IMG/VR virus record: IMGVR_UViG_3300042558_003926
Location: 124,001-188,000 of that record
Reading direction: 5' to 3' (one strand)
Length of the DNA: 64,000 bases
The position numbers and the translations under genes are program-made. The notes under the pieces are model-generated. The model did no database searches. It saw nothing but the letters and a program-made list of their open reading frames with translations, and was not told the DNA's origin. This document shows positions 37,725 to 47,671 of this stretch, one piece after another; the stretch's first letter is position 1, and each line of letters starts with the position of its first letter.

Positions 37725-40036
37725 GAATAGCACAAATAACTCCAGGTGTAATTCCAATCCCTCCAAATGGATGGGGTGCGGTCGAGAAAATAATATGGGA
37801 ATACACGAAGGTGCTGAGATCTTTGGGCCACGAGGTAGAAATACTTTATGCTAATGAGGTAAACCTGGATGATTGGGATATCGTTCATGTGCATATGGCT
37901 AACCTTGCCTTGAACCTAAAAGAAAGAGGAATACCCTACGTCTTTTCCCACCACGATCACCACGCATATCATTTTGGAAAGGATTCCCACGTTTATAAGG
38001 AAAATCTTGAAGCTATAGAGGGATCTGTCGTTTCGTTTGTCCATGCTAAATACCTAGTTGAATATTTTGGCGGTGGAGATAAGATAAGGTATCTAAGCCA
38101 CGGAGTTAATATTAGGGATTACCAGTTTTCTGATAGAACCCAGGAGGTTAGATCTGGGAAATTCTCTTTGCTAATGTTGGCAAATAACGGGTTAGGTGGA
38201 GATAAGTTATACGATCGGAAGGGATTCAGATACGGTATAGAATCTGCTAGAAAGTTGGATCTCCCAATAACCATAATATGCCCCGGGACAAATTCAGATC
38301 TAATTAACTCCATAGATCCATACGAAAATCTGACGGTTAAATATGATCTGGATTATGCAGACACACTGAATGAAATTAGGAATCATCACATTTTTCTAAA
38401 TCCTTCTATGTTGGAAGCTGGACACCCAAATTTAACTGTTACGGAGATGGTAGCACTGGGAATACCGGTGGTCGGAACATCCGAATCAGAAATGCTGGGA
38501 TTGAAAAGAATAGAGCTGGGAAGCGATTTGAAAATTGATGAATCTAGTCTAGTTTCTAGTATTTATGAGGTGATGAGCAAATACCCCCAAATGGTTTTGG
38601 AATGCAAACAGGCTCGCGAATCCATATCATGGGAGGTCATAGTTTCCAAAATGCTAATGGATTATGCAAACTATTCTAAAATAGATCAAAGGGAGCTAAT
38701 TTTAAGCTCATATAGAGCTCCTATCAGGAAAGACTTATTATCCGATGGGAAAGGCTTCGATTGTTCGTTTAGCGGCTCTATTTATGCTTACAAGTCCATA
38801 AATACACCATCCATTGTCTCGGTTTTGTTTAAAGACAGGAGAACCAATAGAATAATTCACAGGAATAATTTCGCTAAAAGCTCTAAGTCCTGGGTAATGT
38901 ATGCGGATTCGCCAGATATTTTTATTGATTGGGAGGTTATATTTAAGTTAGGCGACAGAGTTCTTTTTAGTAAAAATGCAGATCTGAATAACAACCACGT
39001 TCTCGTTTATGGAAATCTGGACCACGGTCATTCCGAAATCCTCAGAAAATTTGAGGAAAGTACCGGATGTGTGATATCTATTTCTGATTCAGGGATACCA
39101 GGATTCTTTAAATGCGATGGGTCTTACGATCTCTATTACAGAAAATTAAATATTAATCAGATCCTAGATTATTTTATGTCACCAAAGCAGATCCAGGATA
39201 GAACTCTAATTAAGTTAGAGACAGGATCGCTAGGAGATAATATTGCTTTTGTTCCCTATGCTAATGAATACGGTAGAATTAGAGGTAGTGTAGTTGATGT
39301 TATGATGGCACATAAATCTCTCTTTCTAAAGGAATATGAGTGGATAAACTTCGTAGAATCGGATAGCCTATATGATTATACCAACTATATTGCGGTTGAT
39401 TATATTTTCGAAAAGCCCCTGCAGGAGGGGGTAGCCTACCAGCTAAATCTAGGATACGAAGAAATAAGACCCAAAATAAGGAGGAGGGATTCGAAAAACA
39501 CACCCAAGGGGAAATACGTTTGTTTTTCTATGCACAGTACAGCACAGGCTAAACACTGGAACTATCCGAAGGGATGGGAAAAATTGTGCAATGAATTAAA
39601 GATAAGGGGGCTAGAACCAGTCTGTATAGACAGATATGAATCATTTGGGACCGAAGGAAACTGGAATCATGTTCCTCCAAATTGCACTAATATGACGGGA
39701 GGAGATCTGGAAAGAATGAGAGAGATAATTAGCGGATGTGAATTTTTCATTGGCCTTTCTAGCGGTCTATCCTGGTTAGCTCATGCTCTAGGAAAAAGAG
39801 TTGTTATGATATCAGGAGTAACCTTACCCGAGAATGAATTTACAATCGACTGTTTAAGAATACATTCGGAATCATCTTGCAATTCTTGCTTCAATAAAAC
39901 CACAGATTATGAGTTTGATGCGGGGGATTGGATGTGGTGTCCGGAGTTCAGAGGGACTGAGAGACAGTTTGAATGTACTAGAAGTATCTCTCATTTATCC
40001 ATATTATCAAGGATAAAGGAAATTGGATGGATTTAA
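37721..40036 (+). CDS. GT4 domain fused to autotransporter-heptosyltransferase (TibC/Aah)-like domain
   Basis: IPPNGWGAVE. C-terminal LGDNIAF, AQAKHWNY, FIGLSSGLSWLAH and Cys cluster CNSC...WCP...FEC. Confidence 0.8.
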   Translation: MRIAQITPGVIPIPPNGWGAVEKIIWEYTKVLRSLGHEVEILYANEVNLDDWDIVHVHMANLALNLKERGIPYVFSHHDHHAYHFGKDSHVYKENLEAIEGSVVSFVHAKYLVEYFGGGDKIRYLSHGVNIRDYQFSDRTQEVRSGKFSLLMLANNGLGGDKLYDRKGFRYGIESARKLDLPITIICPGTNSDLINSIDPYENLTVKYDLDYADTLNEIRNHHIFLNPSMLEAGHPNLTVTEMVALGIPVVGTSESEMLGLKRIELGSDLKIDESSLVSSIYEVMSKYPQMVLECKQARESISWEVIVSKMLMDYANYSKIDQRELILSSYRAPIRKDLLSDGKGFDCSFSGSIYAYKSINTPSIVSVLFKDRRTNRIIHRNNFAKSSKSWVMYADSPDIFIDWEVIFKLGDRVLFSKNADLNNNHVLVYGNLDHGHSEILRKFEESTGCVISISDSGIPGFFKCDGSYDLYYRKLNINQILDYFMSPKQIQDRTLIKLETGSLGDNIAFVPYANEYGRIRGSVVDVMMAHKSLFLKEYEWINFVESDSLYDYTNYIAVDYIFEKPLQEGVAYQLNLGYEEIRPKIRRRDSKNTPKGKYVCFSMHSTAQAKHWNYPKGWEKLCNELKIRGLEPVCIDRYESFGTEGNWNHVPPNCTNMTGGDLERMREIISGCEFFIGLSSGLSWLAHALGKRVVMISGVTLPENEFTIDCLRIHSESSCNSCFNKTTDYEFDAGDWMWCPEFRGTERQFECTRSISHLSILSRIKEIGWI

Positions 40037-40063
40037 AGATACGGAGAAACATTATTAAAAAAG

Positions 40064-40071
40064 GATATATA
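40064..40071 (+). promoter_or_regulatory. Putative late promoter GATATATA
   Basis: Upstream of the ATG at 40090. Confidence 0.55.
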
Positions 40072-40089
40072 ACTAAAAAAGAAAATAAA

Positions 40090-40650
40090 ATGTCAAGAAT
40101 AGTTTCATTTGATCAGTTCAAAACAACATCAGATAAAATGAGCGGAAAATCACGTTCATACAGCTCTTCTAAAAACGAAGGGCACGAAGAGCACGAAGAG
40201 CATGATAACCGTGGAGGACATCAGCACTATATGTTTTTCCAAAATCTAATTTCAATTAAGCATCACATTGAGGAGATACTAAATATGAATCCGGATCAGG
40301 TTGATGATCTACTTCAAAATGGACACGATTGGGCTTGCGATCATATTGCAACATCTAAAGATGATATCCAAGAGGTAGGGGAATGGCTAAGAAACGAAAT
40401 GGAAATGTCAGGAGAAGGTGGAGAGCACCACGAAGAGGAAGAAGAGGAAGAGCCAGAAAACGTTGTCGTTGACATCGAAGGAGATAATGACGAAGTTGAG
40501 GTAGCTGACAACGGTGAAGAATCCGGGGAAGATGAGGAAGAGGAGGAAGACGATGACGAGGAAGAAGAGGAAGAAGAGGAGCAACCTTATAATGAGGATG
40601 ACGATTACAACCTCGGTGAAGGTTTTGATGACGATGATTACGAAGAGTAA
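40090..40650 (+). CDS. Highly acidic protein with leader (start likely 40090)
   Basis: MSRIVSFDQFK, and an Asp/Glu-rich C-terminal half. Confidence 0.7.
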   Translation: MSRIVSFDQFKTTSDKMSGKSRSYSSSKNEGHEEHEEHDNRGGHQHYMFFQNLISIKHHIEEILNMNPDQVDDLLQNGHDWACDHIATSKDDIQEVGEWLRNEMEMSGEGGEHHEEEEEEEPENVVVDIEGDNDEVEVADNGEESGEDEEEEEDDDEEEEEEEEQPYNEDDDYNLGEGFDDDDYEE

Positions 40651-40672
40651 ATAGCACAACAAAATATTAAAA

Positions 40673-40695
40673 AGCCGTCAATGACGGCTTTTTTT
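40673..40695 (+). terminator. Rho-independent terminator
   Basis: AGCCGTC / GACGGCT followed by a T run. Confidence 0.85.
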
Positions 40696-40696
40696 G

Positions 40697-40726
40697 TGAA
40701 ACAAAGTTTGGGTTAAGCGATAATAC
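40697..40726 (+). promoter_or_regulatory. Putative promoter TGAAAC-N18-TAATAC
   Basis: Motif directly after the terminator. Confidence 0.5.
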
Positions 40727-40730
40727 TTTC

Positions 40731-41378
40731 ATGGAAATAAAATTTGCTGACAGTTTCGAACAGAGTCTAAAAAGATTAATTAGACAGAACACCTGGTGGT
40801 ATAAAACATATTCACTATTCCGATATGATATACCTAGATTTTTAAAGAACACCTGGAAATTCAGAAAGGCATTATGGAACCATTACTGGTTCGATCATCA
40901 TGGAACTCTAAGATTTATGGAAATTTCACTTAGAGATATGGCCGAAAAGATAGAAAAATATGGACTGGAAGTAGATCACTCTAGACTAAAAAAAGTTTCT
41001 GCTATGAGGAGGGCTGCTGATCTTATAAAGAACTACAACGAAGATCTTTATCTGGATATGGCAGAGTCAGAATTAGGTGAGATCACTTACAGAAAACCCC
41101 TATTTGAGAAGGATCCGAATAATCCAGATTACTATACAATGGTAGATCAGGATACACAGGAAGAGAGCGAGCATAAGGAAAAAGTTTATGCTAGAACAAG
41201 GGAAATAGAGGAGCAAGAATGGAATGAACTCTGGACTATTATAAGAGGCCAAGATATGAATCAATTCAGAGCATTCTACAAGAAAGTAAAAGTGGGTGAA
41301 GCTGACGATTTCGAGAAGGAGCAAGGGGAGTGGGACAATTGGTTTGATGGGACCGGAATGAAGGGATGGTGGGATTAA
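40731..41378 (+). CDS. Hypothetical phage protein
   Basis: 215-aa Trp-rich ORF. Confidence 0.65.
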   Translation: MEIKFADSFEQSLKRLIRQNTWWYKTYSLFRYDIPRFLKNTWKFRKALWNHYWFDHHGTLRFMEISLRDMAEKIEKYGLEVDHSRLKKVSAMRRAADLIKNYNEDLYLDMAESELGEITYRKPLFEKDPNNPDYYTMVDQDTQEESEHKEKVYARTREIEEQEWNELWTIIRGQDMNQFRAFYKKVKVGEADDFEKEQGEWDNWFDGTGMKGWWD

Positions 41379-41525
41379 AAAATTTATCATGAAATTTTTA
41401 TCAAAAATCAAAAGAATCATTTCTTCCTGGATATCAAGGCACATCATAGCAGAATTACCTCCTGATGAAGATGAGGAGTTCTCAGAAAAATATCGAAAAT
41501 AAATTTAACACTTAAAATCCACAAG

Positions 41526-41798
41526 ATGAACTACACAAATCCAAATAATCTAGATCATAACGATACACCGGAAGACTGGTTAAACTCCTCTTTAATTTTT
41601 GCAAGATCCCTGAGTCTAATTTTTAAAGAAAATGAAGGTGTGGTTGTAGATCTTATGGGCGATATGAGGTTTGGTGATGAGGGAAATATAAAAAAAGTTA
41701 TAGTTTTTAAATCTAACGATATGGTTAGGGTTATTGAGTGCGAGGAGGATCTGAAAGAGGGTTCTTGGGTTATTGTTCATGACATAAACCCTAATTAA
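41526..41798 (+). CDS. Hypothetical protein
   Basis: 90-aa ORF. Confidence 0.5.
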   Translation: MNYTNPNNLDHNDTPEDWLNSSLIFARSLSLIFKENEGVVVDLMGDMRFGDEGNIKKVIVFKSNDMVRVIECEEDLKEGSWVIVHDINPN

Positions 41799-41853
41799 TT
41801 TTTTATACCCGAATAATCATAATATCTTTATACTAATTTTTTAATAGTTAAGG

Positions 41854-42240
41854 ATGAATAAACTGTCTAAGAATGATCTAAAAGCCCGCCACCATGGGTT
41901 AACAGTGGGAGGCCTCCGAAAGTTCCTTATGGATCATCCAGAGATCTCAGATGACCAACCGGTTCTGATAGAAAGAGTGGAGGATATCTACTTTAAAAAA
42001 CACGGATGGAGTGTTTATCTAAAGGAAGGGGAGATGTACCACAATATGCTTTCTTTTAACGAAAACATGAGGAAGGAAATAGACAGAAGAGCCAGAGGAG
42101 AAGAACCAGAGTATGGTATGAAGGATCCTTCCGTGTACATCAAAGAGCCAAGCGAAGAAGATATGAATCAATACGTTCCTGCTTGGTGCTGTGTTAAATA
42201 TAAAGACGACGAAGCACTATTCATAGATCTGCACTATTAA
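41854..42240 (+). CDS. Hypothetical protein
   Basis: 128-aa ORF. Confidence 0.55.
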   Translation: MNKLSKNDLKARHHGLTVGGLRKFLMDHPEISDDQPVLIERVEDIYFKKHGWSVYLKEGEMYHNMLSFNENMRKEIDRRARGEEPEYGMKDPSVYIKEPSEEDMNQYVPAWCCVKYKDDEALFIDLHY

Positions 42241-42241
42241 G

Positions 42242-42772
42242 ATGGAGGAGAAAGACAAACAAACAAAAAATAGACCATGTAATCCCGATCACAATGGGGA
42301 ATGCCTGGTGTGTGATTGCTGGCTAGATAACTGCGCATACGACAGATATCTAAATAAGGACTATAAGTGGGAAACGGAAGAAGAATTGAACAAGATGTTC
42401 GGAGAAGATAAGCAGGACGACGACCTATACAATGGGGTTTCTGAAACACCCCACAAATGGGTGGTTGTTAAAATAGAAAAGGACGGTAATGTGTATTACA
42501 AAGTCTACGGATCGTGGATGGGCGGATATTTGGATGGAGACAGATGGAAAATGAATAGCGGGATTTCTTCTATCCAGGAAGATGAGAAGGCATTTTTCTT
42601 CTCCGGCCTATCTGGATCTAAATACCTGTGTCTTAAAGGACATTATGGTATAGCATCGGCCTACACAGAGTCGGTATTGGAAAACGTAATCTCCAATTCA
42701 CATAAGGTGGATGCCAAAATGGAGATAATGGATGCTGAGACCAATTGGATGGAATTATTTAGTAAGAAATAA
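42242..42772 (+). CDS. Hypothetical protein (Cys-rich N-domain plus conserved phage domain)
   Basis: CNPDHNGECLVCDC and SWMGGYLDGDRWKMNSGI. Confidence 0.6.
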   Translation: MEEKDKQTKNRPCNPDHNGECLVCDCWLDNCAYDRYLNKDYKWETEEELNKMFGEDKQDDDLYNGVSETPHKWVVVKIEKDGNVYYKVYGSWMGGYLDGDRWKMNSGISSIQEDEKAFFFSGLSGSKYLCLKGHYGIASAYTESVLENVISNSHKVDAKMEIMDAETNWMELFSKK

Positions 42773-42956
42773 AGAATCTAAAAACTTAAATTAATAATAA
42801 AAATGAGCAAAGAAGAAGCAAAGGACCAACTTATAGATTTATTGATGGGACAAGTCGCTGACTTAAGTATGATGTCTAAGATTGAATTAGGGAACGATGT
42901 GATCGAAGAAATTAATAGACTAAGATCGATAATTAACGAAGAAAAGAAAATTAAAG

Positions 42957-43208
42957 ATGAATAGTCCCAGGAAAAGAGTCCTTTTCGTTTCGATAGTATT
43001 CTCAATCATATTTATCCCTCTTGCCTTTATGTTAATCCAGGAGAAGTCGTGCGATGAACACGTGGTTCTGGAGGATGGTACCGAATACGACTGCACCAGA
43101 GTCCTTTCTTATGTAAACGGGATGAGTACAATAAACACATGCGAGGGAGAAAGAATAAATGTTCCCACACATAGAATTAAGAGAGTAACAAAAATAAAAA
43201 ACCGATAG
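42957..43208 (+). CDS. Membrane-anchored hypothetical protein
   Basis: N-terminal TM helix. Confidence 0.5.
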   Translation: MNSPRKRVLFVSIVFSIIFIPLAFMLIQEKSCDEHVVLEDGTEYDCTRVLSYVNGMSTINTCEGERINVPTHRIKRVTKIKNR

Positions 43209-43210
43209 TT

Positions 43211-43483
43211 ATGGCAATAAGTCCAAACATGCTAAGTAGTCAATTTATGAAGGAAGTTGATCACTATGAAAAACTAATAGACCAGATTTTAATAGAGAAG
43301 ACCCTTTCACCGGGATCTTCCATATCTCTGGATGTACCAACTTCTATGACACATCAGCATTTTAAAATCATCAGAGAAAGATACATGTCCGCTGGATGGT
43401 GCAATGTCATCTGGCATTCAGATCAAAGAGATGGTGATTACTTATCTTTTATTATGACGAATAAGTCAGCGAAGAACAATTGA
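43211..43483 (+). CDS. Hypothetical protein
   Basis: 90-aa ORF. Confidence 0.5.
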   Translation: MAISPNMLSSQFMKEVDHYEKLIDQILIEKTLSPGSSISLDVPTSMTHQHFKIIRERYMSAGWCNVIWHSDQRDGDYLSFIMTNKSAKNN

Positions 43484-43803
43484 TAATGGAAGATTGGTTA
43501 CTAAATTGGACTGCATTTGTTACACGAAATACACATGCAGTAATGGACGGGATATCACATGATGATGGTCCTGAGTGGTACGATAAGATGTGGGAGTCTT
43601 GGAAGAGAAATTCAGATCATGGACAGAAGTTAAATGAGATACGCTACCGGGACATAGATCCGGATTCTGGTGACATTTCATCTGATAAGATCATATGCAC
43701 ATGCCACGGCGTTTCTATAACTAATTGGGTTTATGGTGCGATTAGTACCAAGTCAATAGAATTAGATGACCCAAATAGGGAAATCTATATAAAAGAAAAT
43801 TAA
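43480..43803 (+). CDS. Hypothetical protein
   Basis: 107-aa ORF. Confidence 0.5.
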   Translation: MIMEDWLLNWTAFVTRNTHAVMDGISHDDGPEWYDKMWESWKRNSDHGQKLNEIRYRDIDPDSGDISSDKIICTCHGVSITNWVYGAISTKSIELDDPNREIYIKEN

Positions 43804-43828
43804 AGAGTAACAATTAAAAACAAATAAG

Positions 43829-44224
43829 ATGAATGAGTACAGAGAGGAAGAGAGATTCTTCAAAAGAATGGTTTATTGGGTGATTGGTTTAGTAATCGTC
43901 CTATCAGTCGGTGGATTTGTAATCCACAAATTTAGAGAGGCAACACGGGTTGATACTGCTGTTCAGAACTACGAGGAGTATCAGGAGATCTACAACACTT
44001 GTGTTAAGATCAATATGGATATCTGCAACATGAAAGATGTCCCAGAAACAGATCCTATGTTTAGCCAGTTTAGTAAAGCACAAAGAATCCTGACTTTAAG
44101 AACAAACCTTAACCGATGGATCGAGGAATATAATGCTAAGTCAAAGATGTGGGGCAGAGCATTATGGAAGTCAAATAGTTTACCATATCAATTAAGTAAC
44201 CAAGAGTTTAATTGTAACAATTAA
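43829..44224 (+). CDS. Membrane-anchored hypothetical protein
   Basis: TM helix, EYNAKS motif. Confidence 0.6.
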   Translation: MNEYREEERFFKRMVYWVIGLVIVLSVGGFVIHKFREATRVDTAVQNYEEYQEIYNTCVKINMDICNMKDVPETDPMFSQFSKAQRILTLRTNLNRWIEEYNAKSKMWGRALWKSNSLPYQLSNQEFNCNN

Positions 44225-44228
44225 GAAA

Positions 44229-44801
44229 ATGAAAAAATTATTAGCAATTTTAGTATTGATGTTTGCGATAACATCATGTGACCGAGAATTAGAAAATACT
44301 TCTGCTTTAGACGAGCAAAAGAAAACTGAAGCAAACCAAAGAGATCTGAATGCGATCCAGCCCGCACCAAAAATTTCATGGTCATTAGAAAGGGATAACC
44401 TAATCAAAAGATTTAAGTTGCAAAACGATAGATCGATTTCTTTCTATATGTATGTATTCGTAGAAGGTGTGGGGGAGCCTATTGGCTATTACCAAGTTAA
44501 TAAGGTATCTTCAGTAAATTCTCAACTTACTAATACTGAGCAAATTGTAACTTATACATCTCCACATTCTGGTGATGGTTGGGGTCAACATGTGTTACCA
44601 AGTCCTGCTGAAGATGGTTCTTATGGTACTAACGGAGATGCTGTTTTTGGGTTTACTCCAGAAGATATTTACATCGAACACAACATGCACTACATGGTTT
44701 CTACAGTTCCTTTATCATTCACCAAACCTGTGAATAGATTAACTATCATTAATGTTGAGACGGAGAAACAGTTGAAAGATATAATGGCTAAAATTAGATA
44801 G
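44229..44801 (+). CDS. Putative lipoprotein
   Basis: Signal peptide with lipobox ITSC. Confidence 0.7.
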   Translation: MKKLLAILVLMFAITSCDRELENTSALDEQKKTEANQRDLNAIQPAPKISWSLERDNLIKRFKLQNDRSISFYMYVFVEGVGEPIGYYQVNKVSSVNSQLTNTEQIVTYTSPHSGDGWGQHVLPSPAEDGSYGTNGDAVFGFTPEDIYIEHNMHYMVSTVPLSFTKPVNRLTIINVETEKQLKDIMAKIR

Positions 44802-44810
44802 CATTGGATT

Positions 44811-44881
44811 AGTCAGGTGGCTTAGTGGTAAAGCCCGACCTTTTAAGTCGGAGTACGTAGGTTCGATTCCTGCCCTGACTA
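44811..44881 (+). tRNA. tRNA-Lys (anticodon TTT at 44842-44844)
   Basis: Acceptor stem AGTCAGG/CCTGACT, D-arm GCTT/AAGC, anticodon stem CCGAC/GTCGG with loop CTTTTAA, T-loop TTCGATT. No encoded CCA. Confidence 0.9.
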
Positions 44882-44894
44882 CTAAAAACAAAAT

Positions 44895-45494
44895 ATGAAT
44901 AAACTTGAATTAACTGACGAGCAACTTTGGATAGTACAGAAGGCTTTAGATTTCTACTCTAGAGTGGGTATAGGTCAATTCTGGACAATCAAGGAGCATC
45001 CAACTTTTGAGAATCATCTAATAGATGAATTTACGCCAAAGAGGGGGATTCCACTAGAAGTCGGGGACAAGACAGTTAGAGGCGAAGTTGTTGAGATTGG
45101 CAAGAAATGGGTAAAAACCAAGGGATCCTGGGGTGAGGGAGAAGAGATTAAAAAATGGACTGATGTTGATAAGATAAGAAGATCGCCAGATTATCGTAGA
45201 TATCATGAAGTTAGAGAATCCGTAGATGCTTCCCTGATTCAACCCCGAAACATGCTGATCAACGATCCGCTCATGTCTAAACATGGATCGTGGGGAATAC
45301 ACAACAAGTCGGTCGACGATTCATGTAGGATAGCCTTTGATATAATCCAAGTAATCCGACACGAGAGATGGAAACTAAATCCAGAAAGGTCTCAAGCAAC
45401 AGTGGATTCACACATACACTTTACCCACTCTAAAGATGGATCTTCTAATAAGATCAAATGCCAACTTAATATCGAAGACGATGAAAACAATTAA
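44895..45494 (+). CDS. Hypothetical protein
   Basis: 199-aa ORF. Confidence 0.6.
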   Translation: MNKLELTDEQLWIVQKALDFYSRVGIGQFWTIKEHPTFENHLIDEFTPKRGIPLEVGDKTVRGEVVEIGKKWVKTKGSWGEGEEIKKWTDVDKIRRSPDYRRYHEVRESVDASLIQPRNMLINDPLMSKHGSWGIHNKSVDDSCRIAFDIIQVIRHERWKLNPERSQATVDSHIHFTHSKDGSSNKIKCQLNIEDDENN

Positions 45495-45720
45495 AATAAG
45501 ATTTGTAAAAAGAACCAGCGATTATCTTATCCAAAGAAAAACGTGGCTAGGTAGATGGAAATATATTGGATATACCGTTGATATGGGGTATGGGGGTTAC
45601 TATCAACTTTATTGTAAAGACACTAAGAATGAATTACTTGAGGAAGTTTTGGATAGACATTATCAGGTATGTAGAAAACACGTTGAAATTGTAGAATATC
45701 CCGGGATAAAAATTTATTAG
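45481..45720 (+). CDS. Hypothetical protein
   Basis: Likely ATG at 45481. Confidence 0.45.
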   Translation: MKTIKIRFVKRTSDYLIQRKTWLGRWKYIGYTVDMGYGGYYQLYCKDTKNELLEEVLDRHYQVCRKHVEIVEYPGIKIY

Positions 45721-45723
45721 TAT

Positions 45724-45942
45724 ATGGAAGACACAAATAGGGAGATAGATTTTAAAAGAGTTTCTAAATCCATATCGGATCACATGTCGAATCTAAAATA
45801 CGATAATGGGGATTTATCTGATATTGGAAATGAAATAGGATTTTCTATAGGTCAGTCATTAAAGAATATGAGTCAGGACGAGATCGACGATTTTATATCC
45901 GGATTTAAACATGGAGTTAGTCTAACAAACGGAACACACTAA
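45724..45942 (+). CDS. Hypothetical protein
   Basis: 72-aa ORF. Confidence 0.5.
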   Translation: MEDTNREIDFKRVSKSISDHMSNLKYDNGDLSDIGNEIGFSIGQSLKNMSQDEIDDFISGFKHGVSLTNGTH

Positions 45943-45952
45943 AATATAAATT

Positions 45953-46504
45953 ATGGTAAGAGAAGAATTAACAAAGGAAGAGATCTTAGAGATCGAAAGA
46001 TTAACCGGAGGAAAAATAGGAACTCACACGTTCGGACCGAATAACGAGCATGTGTTGGAAAACTCATTTTTATCACCAGATGGAACTTATATCGGTAACA
46101 TAGACAATGCCAAATGGTACGTCAATAACCAAATGATGGTTGATGAGGAATATCCTCATGGTGTTGCCGCAGTCATCACCAAGGAGACTTATGGAACTGA
46201 TGCTCCAGTAATCGAGGGGATGTATGGATACACCCATAGAGGTGGTAATCTTTTTAGAATCGGGGATAGGTTGTTTGATGAATCTTACAAACCAAAGAAG
46301 GAAGATTACGAGGAGAGCCAATGGAATGAATGGGAGTTAAAATTTGCCCAGTCATATGACGAGGGTGATGAGCTTGATAAGAAATGGATGGACGAGTCTG
46401 GAATATCCCACGTTATTCCATTCAAGTTAAGAGGCAGCAAAACCATAGAAAATATGAGAGAGGCATTTGTTGCTGCAAAAAATATGTCTAACTATTTAAG
46501 TTAA
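45953..46504 (+). CDS. Hypothetical protein
   Basis: 183-aa ORF. Confidence 0.6.
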   Translation: MVREELTKEEILEIERLTGGKIGTHTFGPNNEHVLENSFLSPDGTYIGNIDNAKWYVNNQMMVDEEYPHGVAAVITKETYGTDAPVIEGMYGYTHRGGNLFRIGDRLFDESYKPKKEDYEESQWNEWELKFAQSYDEGDELDKKWMDESGISHVIPFKLRGSKTIENMREAFVAAKNMSNYLS

Positions 46505-46509
46505 TAACC

Positions 46510-47421
46510 ATGGCTCAAAGTATATTAGAAACAGCTTATAATAATAAAATCCGAAACATGGTTGGATCTCTTCCTTATCTGGAATTTGGATTCCCCTATA
46601 TGGAATCCTTCGAGCCTTACCATAATTTATCTGAGGAAAGAATTATGCAAGCCCACGTCAGGCATTTCAATTTGGAAAGATACCAAGTATCGTCCACTAT
46701 AGCTATAGAAACCGTAAATTCTTTAAAACATTTTCATGGCGTAGATGCGGGAGAGACGATCAAGGAGGTATTATTTAATGAGTTTAAAAGATTAAAGGAG
46801 AAGAATTTATATAAGATTTATGTGGAGAATTCTACCAACGAGCTTAAACCATCTGATACCAAACTAGGTTCTTGGATTAAACGAAATTTATTTAAGACCA
46901 AGAGTTTTCCCCATTATATAGACAATGATCCTACTCGATTGCTTTCAATCATAAGGGAAGCTTCATATAAAATAGCAGAATCATGCAAATTCGGTCCAGG
47001 AGATTTCGTAATCGGTTCTCCCTCTGTGGTTTCAATCATAAAAGCACACCCCCTATTTAGACCAACGATGTCAGAATATGAAGGATCGATAGAGAAGGAG
47101 GGATGTTTTGATGCAATTATCCCTATTGATGTCTACATAAACCCTGCACTTTCTTGGGACGACACTAAAATAATTGTTGGTAGATCGAATAATGCTAATT
47201 TAGAAAATGGATTCTTTGTTATTAGCGCTGAGGACTATCCCACATTGGAGACGATAGCTACTGTATCACCAACGGGGGAAAAAATTACAAGAGCGGTGGA
47301 TCATATTTCCATAGGGAAGCTTTCCCCTGAAAATTCACACAAGAGATTAATCAGCATCCAAATTGATCTAGGAAAGAAACCTTTGTGGAGAAGAATTCTA
47401 GAATTACTTGGAGCTAGATAG
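46510..47421 (+). CDS. Divergent truncated major-capsid (gp23/gp24)-like paralog
   Basis: STIAIETVNSLKHFHGVDA, GPGDFVIGSPSV and IDVYINP...IIVG recall gp23 segments such as ELAQDLKAxHGLDAE, GNFVVCSP and VYVDP. Confidence 0.5.
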   Translation: MAQSILETAYNNKIRNMVGSLPYLEFGFPYMESFEPYHNLSEERIMQAHVRHFNLERYQVSSTIAIETVNSLKHFHGVDAGETIKEVLFNEFKRLKEKNLYKIYVENSTNELKPSDTKLGSWIKRNLFKTKSFPHYIDNDPTRLLSIIREASYKIAESCKFGPGDFVIGSPSVVSIIKAHPLFRPTMSEYEGSIEKEGCFDAIIPIDVYINPALSWDDTKIIVGRSNNANLENGFFVISAEDYPTLETIATVSPTGEKITRAVDHISIGKLSPENSHKRLISIQIDLGKKPLWRRILELLGAR

Positions 47422-47671
47422 GATTAATATTATGGAGGAGAAAAAAGAAATCATAGTTAAGTGCGTGGACAACTGTTCATGTCTTTCTGTTGATAAAGAC
47501 ATAACAGGAGATACGACTGATTATTATGTTACATTGTACAGAAGTTATTCAGGGAAGAGTTTTTGGTTTAGATTAAGGGATGCCTGGATGATATTGACGG
47601 GAAAGGACATAAGTACCTGGGATATGGTGCTAACGGAGGAAGAGTTTAACAGATTAAGAAATTTCGAATGA
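47408..47671 (+). CDS. Hypothetical protein
   Basis: 87-aa ORF. Confidence 0.45.
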   Translation: MELDRINIMEEKKEIIVKCVDNCSCLSVDKDITGDTTDYYVTLYRSYSGKSFWFRLRDAWMILTGKDISTWDMVLTEEEFNRLRNFE

